DNA of 63,118 nt, filler included, from Octopus bimaculoides (taxonomy: Eukaryota), in assembly GCF_001194135.2 (NCBI RefSeq). It is 5 parts of 5 records of this genome, joined end to end, with 100 filler letters (N's around TTAATTAATTAA, not from the genome) between each part and the next. Parts side by side here need not be neighbours in the genome. Positions count along the whole stretch, not along the records: positions 1 to 16,872 come from NC_068988.1; positions 16,973 to 39,277 come from NC_068984.1; 3 more parts are not named here. The stretch is one strand, 5' to 3'. Positions 12,258 through 25,415 of this stretch are shown piece after piece; within the stretch, counting starts at the first letter, position 1; every line of letters starts with the position of its first letter. Under the pieces are notes generated by a model. It did not search any database, was not told the DNA's origin, and saw only the letters and a program-made list of their open reading frames with translations. The position numbers were made by a program, and so were the translations under genes.

Positions 12258-15200
12258 CTAAAGAAAGAAAAAATAAAACAAATGTAGTTTTAAGAAATAA
12301 ATTCTCTTAAATACTTTCATAATGTATAAATATATTGTCTCTCAAGTTTAAATCGGAGATTAAGGCACAGACAACTCTGTATGGCACATGAAAACCTTTC
12401 ATCAAAATTTCATGTTAACTTACATTTCAAATACCAGCTTAATAATGATAATTCTTCATTATCTTCTGCAAAAAATACAGAATAAATGCCGTTTCCAAGA
12501 CTGGAAAAATAATGTTTTCTTTTACACAATATGAATTTTTAAAAGAAAAACATGTTGAAATTAACAAATTAAATCAAAAAATGTGTTTGAACATTATTTC
12601 CTCTCAAAACTTTCAAATTCTTGATACAGATTAATGGGTGTTTTAAGAACAGCTTGTTTTGATGTCTAAATTGTTTCATATGATGCTGAAAATAGTGGGC
12701 ATGCTTAAATTTTGAACTGGCATTTTAAATGAAAATATAACTTGCAAATTATGTTTTTCAAACAATTTAAGGAGAAGAATGAAAAAACAAAACCTGTTAA
12801 ATGGTAGGTAAACTCAGGAGGGTCAAAGGCCATCCGTTATTGTACATATATATATACTTGCTTATGATGCATGCAAAGATTGGATTTGTGATTTGTAGAG
12901 GCTCAACAACCATCTAAGGCTGCTAAAAGAAAAGCTAGCCATTGTGATACTGTACTGTGCTTACGTGGTTGCCATGAGATGTTATTGAAGATGAGTGAGT
13001 ATAAATTGTATGCTTCTAAATCAGGTAGATCAGAAAGAATAGAATAGAAAAAAAAAACTAGGAAGAAGAGTTGTAGATATTGAGAATAACTACTTCAGAG
13101 AGAACAGATATGAAAAAGAGTCTTTACCTGTGGGAAAGTTGTTTTATAATTATTGCTGATTCAAAGCATGATGGAGGTAATAGAAATGATAGCTAAACTT
13201 TGAAGTATTAAGGAAATTTTCATCAACAATAGAAAGTCCTTCTAGCTGATTCCAAAGAAGAGAGATTATTGAGTAAGAAAGTGGATTCTATCTAAGAATA
13301 TATTCTGGAAACTGTCTGGATAATAGCATTAAGGATGTTAAATGTAATAAAAACAAAATCCTTACTTTATTTGCAAAAACCGTTAGTAAAAAGTTTCCAG
13401 GCTTGAATAGATTAAGAAGCTTGGTTAGCAGCTCAAAGTAAGATTCCTGTAAATAGAAAGACTGAACTAAAAATGCAATATCACAAAATGTCTCAATACA
13501 GGTAATATAGAAAATATTCTGTCTCCATATGCACACCTGCTTAAATGAAATGAATTAAAATGATTTGATAAATGTGTAGAGAGACCATTTTTATTCTGGT
13601 TGTTGTTGTTGTTGTTGGCTGTGTCTCATGTTTCCAAGCTTGCAATCCAGTTCATTTTCCTAGGTGTTTGAACCGCAGATGGCTCCGCAATCCAAGGGTT
13701 GCACGAAACATACGGGGACATTGTGGACAAGGGATAGAAGGGGCTGGTTTGCGAAAGAGAAGGCACTGCTTTCTCTCCCATCACTTGAGTTCAGCTCTTG
13801 CGACTCGGGCTTTCTCGAAGTCCACTGAACCCGTTTTGATGGTGTGTCTCCAGAGGGGTCTGTTTGCCGAGACATCCTTCCAGTGTGCGGGGTCGATGTT
13901 GGTGCTTTCCAAGGTTGATTTCAGTTGTATTCTGGTATATTGAATAGGCTCAATGCTTTAATCTATAATGATTGGTCGTCTTACCTATTATGTGAGTTTT
14001 GAACATTGGCTGAGCCCTGTGCTTTGATTGTTTGAGCATTTTGTTGGATTTGGATCGAAGATACAATCACTTTGCACTTAATACATTCTCAAACAACTAA
14101 TCTGTAGGTGCTCTGGAACTTGCCCATTTTCTATAAATTGGTGTAACAAATCATCTATGAGCAGAGGGGTGAGCAATTTTCATGAAAGCAAATCATGTTA
14201 TTTTCCTGCTGTTATTCACTAGAGCAAAGTTTATATAACGGAGCACATGTAACCAACGATGACCTGAGCTGAATTTTCCAAACAATGGATAAACTATACA
14301 ACCACCAGAATTCACGATGTTTTATTTGGTCCACTGCATTATTTAACGAAGGAATAAAGTCTCGCTGTTATTTTTAAAGTTTGTTTCGTGTATTATTATC
14401 ACAAGTGAACACACAACATATACAATATAATGGTATGCAAGATTCTGTAGTAAACCAAGGGAGACTTTAGACCACCACGTCAAAAATGCTTGGCGTAAGT
14501 TTTAGGGATGCAGTTGAAATAAAAACATATGAAAAGATGAAAGAAATTGCTTGGAATAAGATCTGGAAAGATCCTAAAGTGAGGAACAGCAGAAGTGATA
14601 AAAACAGTAGGTGGAGTGTCCTCTGATTGAGGTAGCATCAGAAAAATATGTTAAAACAAAGAAGACAGTGACAATGATGATGAAGCAGGGAAAAAGAAGA
14701 AGTTATTTGATAAGAATGAAGCAGAAGTAAAACACTTCTCAACATTGAGCTAAATTGTTAGAAATTATTAGTGAGTATTGAGGTTATTTATCAAGTAGAA
14801 CATTTGGATGCAATATTTAAAATATATGGATAAAGGGGCTAGAAGTTGTCAAAGGCTAGATTTTGATTCTGAAGAGCTTAATTTAAGAATTTAATGAGGA
14901 GGATAAATGGGAAGGGTATAAGAGAAAAGTGGCTACAGTACGTGAAAGAATTACCTCCCAAAGAGATTTGACAGATCATAACAGTTCAGACCAGCAGAAC
15001 ACTTTCACTCAATTTAACACAGTTTTTATAGCTGGAAGTTCTTAATACTAAGTTCTTTACAAAGGAATATATTAGGTGCCTTCTAGTGTGTCTCCAGGAC
15101 TAAATGTTGTGTTTTGGCAAGACTAAAACAATCTCTCTGTTGCACACTGTCTCCATTCATTTTCTAATCACTTCACAGAATGTAGTGGATGGATTTTAAT

Positions 15201-16152
15201 TATGGCACCATCTTTAGTTTCTAAGTTGTCTCTATTCAGTCAATGCAAATGAAACAGAGAGAGAGTAAATAGAAAAAAAAAACAGTATAAATGTGAGCAA
15301 CTAGAGTGGTAGGAGAAAGAGTAATGGAAGAGTGACAGAGTAGGTATATTATCATAATATTGATTCCATATAATGGTATAGTGTGATCTATGCATAAACA
15401 GTTAGCAATGAAACGGAAAGTGAGAAAGTAAGGCAGAGAATACATCATTCATGAAAATTTTAATCATATAAAAAGAAAGGATAAATAATATATACTAATG
15501 CCATGCCAGAAAGAGAAAGAAAATATAAGACAAAACATTTTCTTACTTGGGATACATTAGTTTCAAAACTGACATAAGAGCACTGAGGTTCTGGTGTAAC
15601 ATGAATAGTAATATAATAACCCTGGAAGTAGAACATGAAAGAGGATAACGTTTATAAGGAGATTACAAGATATAGTGATTTATGTTTCTAAATTATAACA
15701 AAATAGTATGCCAAACTGCAATGTTATGTTTCTAATAAAAAATGGTTTTGTAAATAAATTATATGGAAATGTTTGCTGTTCTTTCTAGTGCAAAAAATAA
15801 ATAAAATTGTAATTACAAAGTAAAAAGCATTGTGTTTTGAGTAAATTGATGAAGACAGTTTTTCTACATCATCATTAAACATCATTCATTATTTCAATTT
15901 TGGTAATCATCCTGAGTATCGAAAACCTATTTTAAACTTTATGACAAGTTTGAAAAATGGGTGAAATTTCAACATTATAACAGAAGTGTGGTCATGACGA
16001 TTGTGATATTAAGAAATAAAACTAAAATTCTAGAAATAAAAAAAGTACAGATCATTTACCCCAGGCAGTATTCCATTCATGGAATATCCACATGGTTCAA
16101 ATAAATAGTCATCAATCAGCATATTGGGTAATAGTTTATCAATACCACACCT
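12120..16152 (-). CDS. AMD1: S-adenosylmethionine decarboxylase proenzyme, 3' part: join complement(16060-16152,15547-15621,13366-13446,12120-12257); upstream exons not found before the spacer at 16873
   Basis: Four phase-0 exons splice to RCGIDKLLPNMLIDDYLFEPCGYSMNGILPG-GYYITIHVTPEPQCSYVSFETNVSQ-ESYFELLTKLLNLFKPGNFLLTVFANK-ASNARNAYKDLQDEPLPGYMRLDHQFCMFKNYNLTYTYYASRPII*. They carry the SAMDC signatures PCGYSMNG, TIHVTPE, SYVSFETN and FKPG. Confidence 0.95.
13366..13446 (-). CDS. AMD1: AMD1 exon (FKPGNFLLTVFANK)
   Basis: ttacag acceptor, gtaagg donor, 81 bp. Confidence 0.93.
13608..13945 (-). mobile_element. RTE/BovB-like LINE 3' end with C2H2 finger and (CAA)n tail (AMD1 intron)
   Basis: ...NIDPAHWKDVSANRPLWRHTIKTG...CPQCPRMFRATLGLRSHLRFKH, then a (CAA)n tail. 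Confidence 0.8.
15547..15621 (-). CDS. AMD1: AMD1 exon (TIHVTPEPQCSYVSFETN)
   Basis: ttccag acceptor, gtaaga donor, 75 bp. Confidence 0.95.
16060..16152 (-). CDS. AMD1: AMD1 exon (PCGYSMNG)
   Basis: tttcag acceptor, gtaaat donor, 93 bp. Confidence 0.95.
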
Positions 16153-16734
16153 CTGAAAAAGATGGAAAAAAATTATCTTTTTTAATGATTTAAGAAGACT
16201 TTTGCAAATATGGAAACAGGAGCCATGATGCTGCAATAGGAAGCAGCATATCAAGATAACAAATTATTCTTAGACCAAAGAATAACTTGCAAAAAGGTAG
16301 ATTGTTACTACATACTGCCAGATGAAGGCAAGGCTAACATTTACCACTCAAGAAAAATACTATCTGATGAGCTTTTACACAGTTTCTATTTACCTAATTT
16401 CACCAGAGGTCAAGGTGGCCATACAGTGGGATTGAAATGGCAATCACCATATCGTGAAGCACACTTCTAAAGCACAGGACCGTGCTTAAAACTACTTTAT
16501 TCTTTCACTGGTTTCAGCTATCAGACAGAAGCCATGCTAAGTATCAACTTCGAACATTTGATTGAATTATAATCAAATCCTTTTTCAGTCTAGTGTTTAG
16601 TTTAACCAATCTCTATTTTTGGAATTGCTTAATTACAGGACAAAAAGAAGGCATAAACAACAATGTAAACATTAAAAGAGACATGGAAACAGCCATACAC
16701 ACATATGTATCCAGACACATGCACACACAAATAT

Positions 16735-16872
16735 ATTTATATATACATTATATATATATATATATATATATACATTATATATATATATATATATATACAT
16801 ATACATTATATATATATATATACATATACATTATATATATATATATACATATACATTATATATATATATATA
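16735..16872. repeat. (TA)n-based compound micro/minisatellite at segment end
   Basis: Repeated TACAT-(TA)n units running into the spacer. Confidence 0.85.
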
Positions 16873-16972
16873 NNNNNNNNNNNNNNNNNNNNNNNNNNNN
16901 NNNNNNNNNNNNNNNNTTAATTAATTAANNNNNNNNNNNNNNNNNNNNNNNNNNNNNNNNNNNNNNNNNNNN
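16873..16972. other. Artificial scaffold-concatenation spacer (N44-TTAATTAATTAA-N44)
   Basis: Exactly 100 bp; identical copies at 39278, 53430 and 61148. Confidence 0.9.
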
Positions 16973-19900
16973 TATATATATATATATATATATATATATC
17001 CACACTCATACATACGTACACAGGTTGATGGCGCATAATCATCCCTGTATGTGATTGTATATTCTTGTATATGTATGTAGTTCTGGCCAGTAGGTTATAA
17101 AACTCTTGCACCATAGATATATATGTAGCCAGCTGAATAAATATTTCTGACGTCAGAGGTGAAGTAAAAATCGAATTAGATTTGTAGAGCAAGGTTGTAA
17201 AAAAAAATGTGCAGGAAAAGCTATTAGATAAATAAAATATTAATATGAGAGATAGTAAGACTATAATAAATGGCTTGAATTAGAAGTTCTGAGAGCAATT
17301 CTTAATGGAACTGAATTTCTCAGTTTTTAAAAAAAATAATGAAAAAAGTGAAAAATATAAAAAAGCTGTTTTATTGAATGGAATTGGAGAAAAGATTTAA
17401 AATTTCCAAAGTACTTCCGTTATATTAGTAAAGGAATTCATATAATTTTCTAAAGGTCAATAGATAAGATAAACTTCGTGATGTTAAGTCTTGATAATCG
17501 GACAATTGTGTCTGGAAAAAGTTAGTTTCTATAGCTATCTTAGGCTAGGTAGCTTTGATATTTGAGCAATTTTATCTGGAAGAAGTCAACAGATAAGCTA
17601 AAGTCTTGGAACAGCAAGGCCTTACATTCGAGTAATTGCATCCGGAAGGGGATCGCATATGTCAGCAGCGTAGTTAATAAAAAATGGACTTTCTCTGACT
17701 GTTGTGTCTTTTTTAAAGCCCAAACTGCTATCAGTGAATGGGTCTCACATAATTGTGTTATTCTGTACTGATTATTATAGAAATATAATATGTGGAAGAT
17801 GGTCATAGACGGGATAAAATCACACGACAATAAGCCTTAATACCGAAGCATTTATATCTGGAAGGAGTTTATAGCTCGGTTGAAATCTAAAGTCTACAAA
17901 CCTTCATTTTCGTGCAACTCTATCTAGAAAGTGACATCTCGTAGTAATTGTCCAATGATACATTTTTCGATAAAAAGAACGAAATTCTGCCCACAACGGA
18001 ACAGCCAAAAGATATTTTAGCTGATAACGTTTGTGTCACCAACAGGAGAATATGAAGAGGGCTGATTTTCTCTGAAATGGAAATGTTTGAATATACGAAC
18101 TACTTACAAAAAGTTTTCATTCACTATTGAAAACCTGACATTTGTGGGCATGCATGGATAATCTACTTAAAAATGTCTCAGTAAAAAAGGCAGCATTTTT
18201 ATTTGGTTTTATTATTCTCATTTTATTGATCACGAGATAGCAAAGATTGATCCTGGCAAAATTTGAACTAAAACCATATAGAAGCGTTGCTAAATACTGC
18301 AGAGGACTCCGCGGCACGAATTTCAACCAGCATTGTGAGTTATATTGAATAAAACATTTTTGCCTCCATTGTTTTCTTATAATATCTGTTGATGTGAAGA
18401 TTCCAGTTAATATCTGGAATGGAAGATGGTGTACAAGTAATTCACTTGTTGAAGTACTTTAATTTCACCTTTTTTTGCGAGCCAGCAGGGAGCTACTCAA
18501 TGGTTACTCGAATATAATTGAAATATTAGTCAAATATTCCTCGATTCATACCCTACAGAACGATAGACTCGATAAAGTAGTTCAAAAGACATACTGTCTG
18601 AAAAGATGCCAGAATAGTCACAGTTGGAACATCAGAGATCTCGTCAATCCGAGATGAACTGATATCAAGCAAGGACAACAACAATCTTATCTTTAGATTG
18701 TATATTTACACGTTGTTGACTCAATTTCAGATCATCATCAGGTGAATTATTCCAGATATAGCCCCTGTTTGGCCTGGAATTAGAAACCTTTATTTTTAGG
18801 CCAATACTAATGTCCTTATCCCCTAAGCCACTGACGCTCGTACGATTATTGTTGCAAGTTTTATTTTTTTAGTAAAAGCAGCCATATTAAACTTACGCCA
18901 TTGCTGAGTTTACTGGTTGGAAGAGAATTAGTGAGAGTTCTAGGTATCTGCTCCCTTAACTTTTCGTTTCGAATGTGCTTCTCAATTATCTGAAAATATC
19001 AAATACTCTTAATAAAACAGGAACCATCCAAGTCAGGAATGGTTGAATATATATGGTATAAGAAGGAAATACAAATAGCGGTATAGGATTAAGGAATATG
19101 ACAAGTAGGAGAATCTACTTATCAAAATAACTGTGCAGATATGAATTTTACTTTTTCTGTAGCTCAGTCAGAAAGAAAAGGAAACGTCTCTGTGATTGGT
19201 GAAGGAAAGGGCTGATCTAAATGCTTGCAAAAAAGTGAACTCTGCTTAAGGCATCAAGGACCAGGTAGTGCTATCAAACCAACCAACAGATGAAGTTTAT
19301 AACTCAAGAATGTAAATATACCTGTAAAAGATGTGGTTAATAATTTGAAAATTCAGTCTTATTAACAGTAATTAATCAAACATTTAGGTCCTTATTTCTT
19401 ACCCGTTTTAGATCTACGCCAAATTTTGATTAAAAGAAGAAAAGAAAGAAAGAAACGTGTGCCTCACCATAAAACAGTTAATATATAAGCCATATACATC
19501 AAAAGGAAGTTTTAATTAAAACTTTATTGCTAGTTTTATACTCTTGCTTCATTTTGAAGTAATCCACGCTTCACCAAAATAATGCCACATCCAGCTTCAG
19601 AAACATTGATTCAGATCTTCACTGTATTTCGTTGTAATTGTTGGGCTTGTAGGTTTTGCTGCTACAGTTGTAGTTTTAGTTCTTGTGAACATTATTGCTT
19701 TATTATTGAACATTATTACTTTATTACATTGTGATGGTGGGTGGCTGAGTAGCGAGTTCTTTGATGTCTACTCAAGCTTTCTTGTAGCATCATTGGTTTT
19801 CTTCTTCTTCATGGCTTCCAGGATAACTTCTTGACATGACGTTTTTCTTTCTTGTTCTTGTCACTTGATGAAGAATCAGAAGGAGAAATGTTGGAAGAAA

Positions 19901-20707
19901 CGAAAGGAAGAAGTATAACTGCATGTCTGAGTTTGTTTTGACATAACTCTCATTTGACTCCCCCACCCTGCACTCTTCAAATAAATGAGATCAAGGATTT
20001 TCAGGAGATTCGCGAGGATGGCATCTGAGCTTCCGGCCAGTTCAGGTTTGAATTTGAGAATCTCTTCATAATCTTTCAACATTATTACATATAATTCGAA
20101 ACTCTGTCACTTACTGACCCATGTAGCCTTAAAGGTAAACATTGAAGAAACTTACGATAATTGAGAACGTTTTGGCTTTATCTTTATTACGCTCGAAGTC
20201 ATTTCTGTTCCATATCTTCTCCCTTTGTATACACTGTTTAGGTACTTTTGTCCTGCATTGGAGTTGGCGACTCCCCCCCCCCCCTATTTCCAAATCTGCA
20301 AAGAATTGATCTGTATTGATCTTTTTGTTTCTTTCGTATTGCCTCTGGCAATGAAAGTATTCAAGGTAGTATACAATGCAACTTTGCTTAAAGGCCTGTT
20401 TTTTGCTAACGAGTTCGAACGAAATAGCATTGTGCTAGTGGCAAGAGTATTGCTTTCTATGCTGATAGTGGTGATGGTAGCGGCGTAGTGTAGGTATTAT
20501 TGTTGCCACTGCTGCTGCTGACGGACACATTGTACGAGACTTAGATTGTAAAACAGAAACAGCGTGGCTGTGTGGTAAGAAGCTCGCTTCCTAACTACAT
20601 GNNNNNNNNNNNNNNNNNNNNNNNNNNNNNNNNNNNNNNNNNNNNNNNNNNNNNNNNNNNNNNNNNNNNNNNNNNNNNNNNNNNNNNNNNNNNNNNNNNN
20701 NNNNNNN

Positions 20708-20742
<35 letters not shown>

Positions 20743-21623
20743 ATATATATATGTATGTATAGTATAATATAAATAATATATAAATATATGCATATATCCA
20801 TACATATATGTACATACCTACATCTATATGTATACATACATCCATATATGGGTACAGGGCATCATAAACAACAAAAAAAAAAACCTTAAACACAATGAGA
20901 AACGAAAACATAAAAACGAAAACAGAAAATATATATATGGTGTCTTTGAAAAAGCGCCTTTGCTACATATAATTCTTTTATATATTTCTATTAATTTTGC
21001 CTATACGGTTTTAGCTTGCGGCCACTAACATTGATGCATCTTATGGGTATTAATGTTCTTTACTTATTTTTGTAAAGCAATTTGTATTCACCTGATTCGT
21101 TTTCCTCAGTGTGGCTTGGGCACCGAAACGAACACAGGCATTCGTTGAAAGTGATATATAAGAGTTTGCCACTAGTAGACTTGACTGAGGAGAATCAAGC
21201 GTGTTTTGGGCGCTAAATTCGAAATCATGACATCCGTGCAATATAGACACTTCCGCACCGTTTGTCACAATTAGTGACGATTAAAGTTTTCCTTTTGATT
21301 TTATATTGCGTCTAGCAAAATCGACTGAACATAGCATTAGTAATTTTAGTGAAATCTTTAGAGTTTTCTTAAAGCCACAAAATGTCAACTCAGTCATCGT
21401 CTTCTCACTTTATCCATCTTCTTCCCTGATTTCTACAGAGTTTTGTCTATTTTAAACTCTTTCTTTCCTTTCTGTCATTCTGGCAAAATGTCATAATGAT
21501 GACACAGAGAAAATATCGATTACACACACACACACACATACACACACACACACACGCATACCAGAGTAAGCACATAAATGTGAAACAAGGTGGAAAAAAT
21601 AGTACTAAAATACTGGAGGTAGA

Positions 21624-21684
<61 letters not shown>

Positions 21685-22261
21685 AACTTTTCTTTTAGAG
21701 AGTAGTTAATTTTCTATTGGCTAAAAGAGCCCGTGCAGCGCGAAGCTATAAACGGAATGTATCGTCATCTGATTTCTACATACATACGTACAGATAGATA
21801 GACATATACGCCTGCGTACGCACGCACATACACGCACACAAAAACACATACACGCACACAAAAACACATACACACACCTATTTAGTGTTAAACGTCGGTA
21901 TGTAGTCTGATAGTAGTGATTAATGTAATTTATTTGGGTCGAGTCAGTTTCTCGCTGCTCTGAATTTTACCTGTAGGTTCGTAGGATCTTCAAGCAAGTT
22001 ATGACTAGAAAATGATGGGATTTCACTTCTATATATAGTTTTCTCATCAGAGTACGTAGTTGAGGAGAGAAAATATAAGGGAAGAAAAAAACAAGGAAAA
22101 AAGAAAGTGAAGAAAGGATTTTCTTCTCTTTGTCATACTTTCTTTTCATCACAGTACCTTGTGAAAATCCCATACTTTTTCAGTTATAACTTGCTTGATG
22201 GTTCTGTGCACTTACAGATGGAACACAGAGGAGCAAGGAACTGATTCGACCAAAATAAAAT

Positions 22262-22263
22262 CA

Positions 22264-22327
<64 letters not shown>

Positions 22328-22370
22328 GCCTGTCTGTCTGTCTGTCTCTACCTCTCTCTCTCTCTCTATT
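22262..22370. repeat. (ATCT)n-(GTCT)n-(CT)n compound microsatellite
   Basis: Direct reading. Confidence 0.85.
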
Positions 22371-22814
22371 TATCTATCTATTTGCCGATCTATCTATATT
22401 TAGTAAAATGATATGTGATATATGTTTGTAATTACATACATACAAGCACACATATATACATACACACATGTATACAGGAAAATCATATTAAAAATATCCT
22501 GCCTTTTATACTAGGCGCGGCAAATATAACGTACAAATGTAACAGTCAAAAATTCAAATATTCAGCGGTAATGGCTCCTCACATCTATCTATCTGTTATA
22601 AAAGGTCAGCAACAACTTCCAACAACACTTCATCCTGAAGATGTGACGGTGCACGTCTATAAACTTTAAGAGTGGATTTAGGAATATTACTGTTCTAAAC
22701 AAATTTCAAGGTTCTCATTCGAAATATGAAAATATATTAAACTTGATAAAAAGATAAAACTAAAACGCAGTCGTGTTTTCAATACAGAATTCAAACATAC
22801 AAACGCATAATTAC

Positions 22815-22855
22815 ACATACACATACACACACACACGCGCACACGCACGTATACA

Positions 22856-22895
<40 letters not shown>

Positions 22896-22905
22896 CACGC
22901 ACGCA
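22815..22905. repeat. (CA)n/(GCAC)n microsatellite
   Basis: Direct reading. Confidence 0.85.
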
Positions 22906-24099
22906 CGGTGAAAGTCGACTCGTGAGCAAGTAAGACCACTTCTTAGAGTCCAATAGTCCAAGAGGCTCCAGTGCGTGAATTTTTTGAACCCACAGCTATA
23001 ACACCAGTGGCATAACAGAGGTTGAGGATAAGAAACCAACTGTACTTCACATTTTTTTTTTATACAAGCCAATTACCTACAAAGAAGTTCTAATGAGAGC
23101 TAGGGTTTCTTCACTCCCTATTGCATACATACATACATACATGCATACATACATACATACATACGTACATACATACACGCATACATACAAGAGAAAGCTA
23201 ATTCGACGACTACAGATCCAGTCCATCACTGGAACTGTAAAAATCTGTAAAACTTTCTAGCAGCTTATCATGTAAATATATATGAGCATACCTAGATATG
23301 CAACTACATACATGAGAATACATACATAAAACAAAATATACAAATCGTCGTAACTGACATTGACTTAAGTTTGCTATTGGTGTTGCTGGTGCTGGTAGTG
23401 TGATAATTGCTGCTTATCCTCTTAATTTGTCATTGTTGTACATATAAACGTTGATGTTACAGTTGTTATAAATGCTGCCGTTATGGTTGTTGTAACAATT
23501 GTTGGTGTTGCAGTTGTAGTTCGTTTATGGTTTTATGTCCTGCTTCACTTTATTAAATGTATCTTTCTATATTTTCAAGATAACATAGTGAGATTTGAAG
23601 GAGATTTGGCAGCTATTTCCAACAGGATAAGTGACAGCTTAGAATGTCTTTCGTTTGATCATTGCTAGTTACTGTTTTTGTTGTTATCGTTGTTACTGTT
23701 CTTGATGGTATTAACACTGTCGCTGCTGTTTAGTCTCAAGTCAGATCTGATTAAAAGATACATCATCTATGACTATTCTGTTTTATAAGAGTCCCTATAA
23801 CTACATCGTTATTGTTTTCCTCTTGCTCTCTCCCGATCGAGTTAACCGTTCAGCCATGATCATCTCATCTTATTTTCAGGCATAGTATATGTAGAGCTAC
23901 ACAATTCAACGTATCCTTTCTGGTAAAATGATAGGGCTGTAATTTTAAGGGAGAGTTGGGGAGGAGTATTTTATGCAGATTGTGTGACCTAACAAAACCA
24001 CCAATCCGCATCTCTTGTTAAGGCTTGCAGTTCTCTGCTCTCTGCTGGTTGTGGTGTTCATGATGTCGCTATAGATTTTCTTTCGACACGAGCACGAGC

Positions 24100-24800
24100 A
24101 CCATGAGCAGCAGCAGCGCCACCACGACCAACAACAACAACAACAACAACAACAGCAACAGCAATAATAACAACACGACAACCACCACCACCACCACTCT
24201 AAATTCTTCCTCCTCCTTCTCTCCCCCCTCTTGTAATAACTTTTAGTTATACAAACAAGACAGGCTCCACCTGGTCTAATGACCTTCTAAACATTGCAGC
24301 CAAAATCTCCCTCAAATTATACCCCCGACCAAAGATATTATAATTCAAATACTTCTAAATTTATGATCTGCCAAATTGACTTCAAATTACGGACCTTACC
24401 TTCTTTTCCTTTTCCTTTTTAATATAACTGAATAAACAGGGTGGCCATGACTGGAAAGCCTTTGATCATAGTTCTGCTTAGACACAGCCGAAAGGAGTCA
24501 AAACACGAACAAGCACAACAAAAACAATAAATACTGAAGATATGATATTGTTGCTGCTGCTGCTGCTGCTGCTGTTTGCTGTTTCTTTGCTGCTGCTGTT
24601 TAAAACAATTTATCACGTAAATTTCAATTCTGCGTTGTCTGACTGTGAGTCTGTTGTTTCACTAATGGGGAAAAAGTCCCCACCTCCATAAAGCAGTAGC
24701 AGCAGTAGCAGTAGTAACAATAACAACGGCAACATCAACAACAATAACAGCAGCAGCAACAACAACAACAACAACAACAGTAGCATCTACAAAAAGCTAT
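24100..24800. repeat. Cluster of (CAG)/(CAA)/(TGC) trinucleotide repeats
   Basis: Tracts near 24105-24200, 24545-24600 and 24695-24785; the polyQ/polyC ORFs here are artefacts of these tracts. Confidence 0.8.
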
Positions 24801-25336
24801 GAACAACAATTTATAAGATCGATTGATGGGAGACTTTCTTGAAAAATCTGTCTTTATGGGAAATTTTCCCAAAAGGTTTGTCAGACAGCTCTGTTTTGGC
24901 AGAGATGACTGGGTTAGTAACAATATTACTTTGGAAGTGATCACTTTGATGGATATTATTGGAATATGGTAAGTAGATTGATGATGAATGACACACAAAC
25001 ACAGAGGCACACAGACATAGACATACACACACACACACACATATATACAGACAATAGGTAGAGCTAGACATGGTCAGTATAGAAAACAGCGTTGCCCAAA
25101 TGAAATTCAACTTAAACCCCGAGTTCTTCATCCAGGGTAAGGCCCACGGCGTTGAGAGTGGCTATAAGAGAAATCTAAAAACGAGGTGATATGGAGGTAG
25201 TAATGCAGATAAACACAATTAGGCAAGACACATACATATGTATATATATACATACACACATATATCTGCATATATTTAGAGACAAACACACACTCGCAAG
25301 CATATATAAATATTTTTATACATATGTGTATATATG

Positions 25337-25415
<79 letters not shown>

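Noticed and set aside
16153-16872. Search for upstream AMD1 exons (EGTEKLLE, SESS cleavage site, SRKNF, DQTLE) and the polyamine-responsive uORF
   Set aside because: Not found here or beyond the spacer; the segment ends at the artificial linker.
21716-21752. ATTGG (CCAAT) followed ~30 bp later by TATAAA
   Set aside because: Short motifs are expected by chance in AT-rich DNA, and no downstream gene is evident.
23483-23668. ORF with exon-like FQDNIVRFEGDLAAISNR
   Set aside because: No GT donor. The sequence resembles a dispersed repeat seen inverted at ~24260-24340 and at ~52360-52560.
24813-24967. Possible exon (DRLMGDFLEKSVFMGNFPKRFVRQLCFGRDDW...) ending at a strong GTAAGT
   Set aside because: Weak acceptor, no identifiable homology, isolated among microsatellites.
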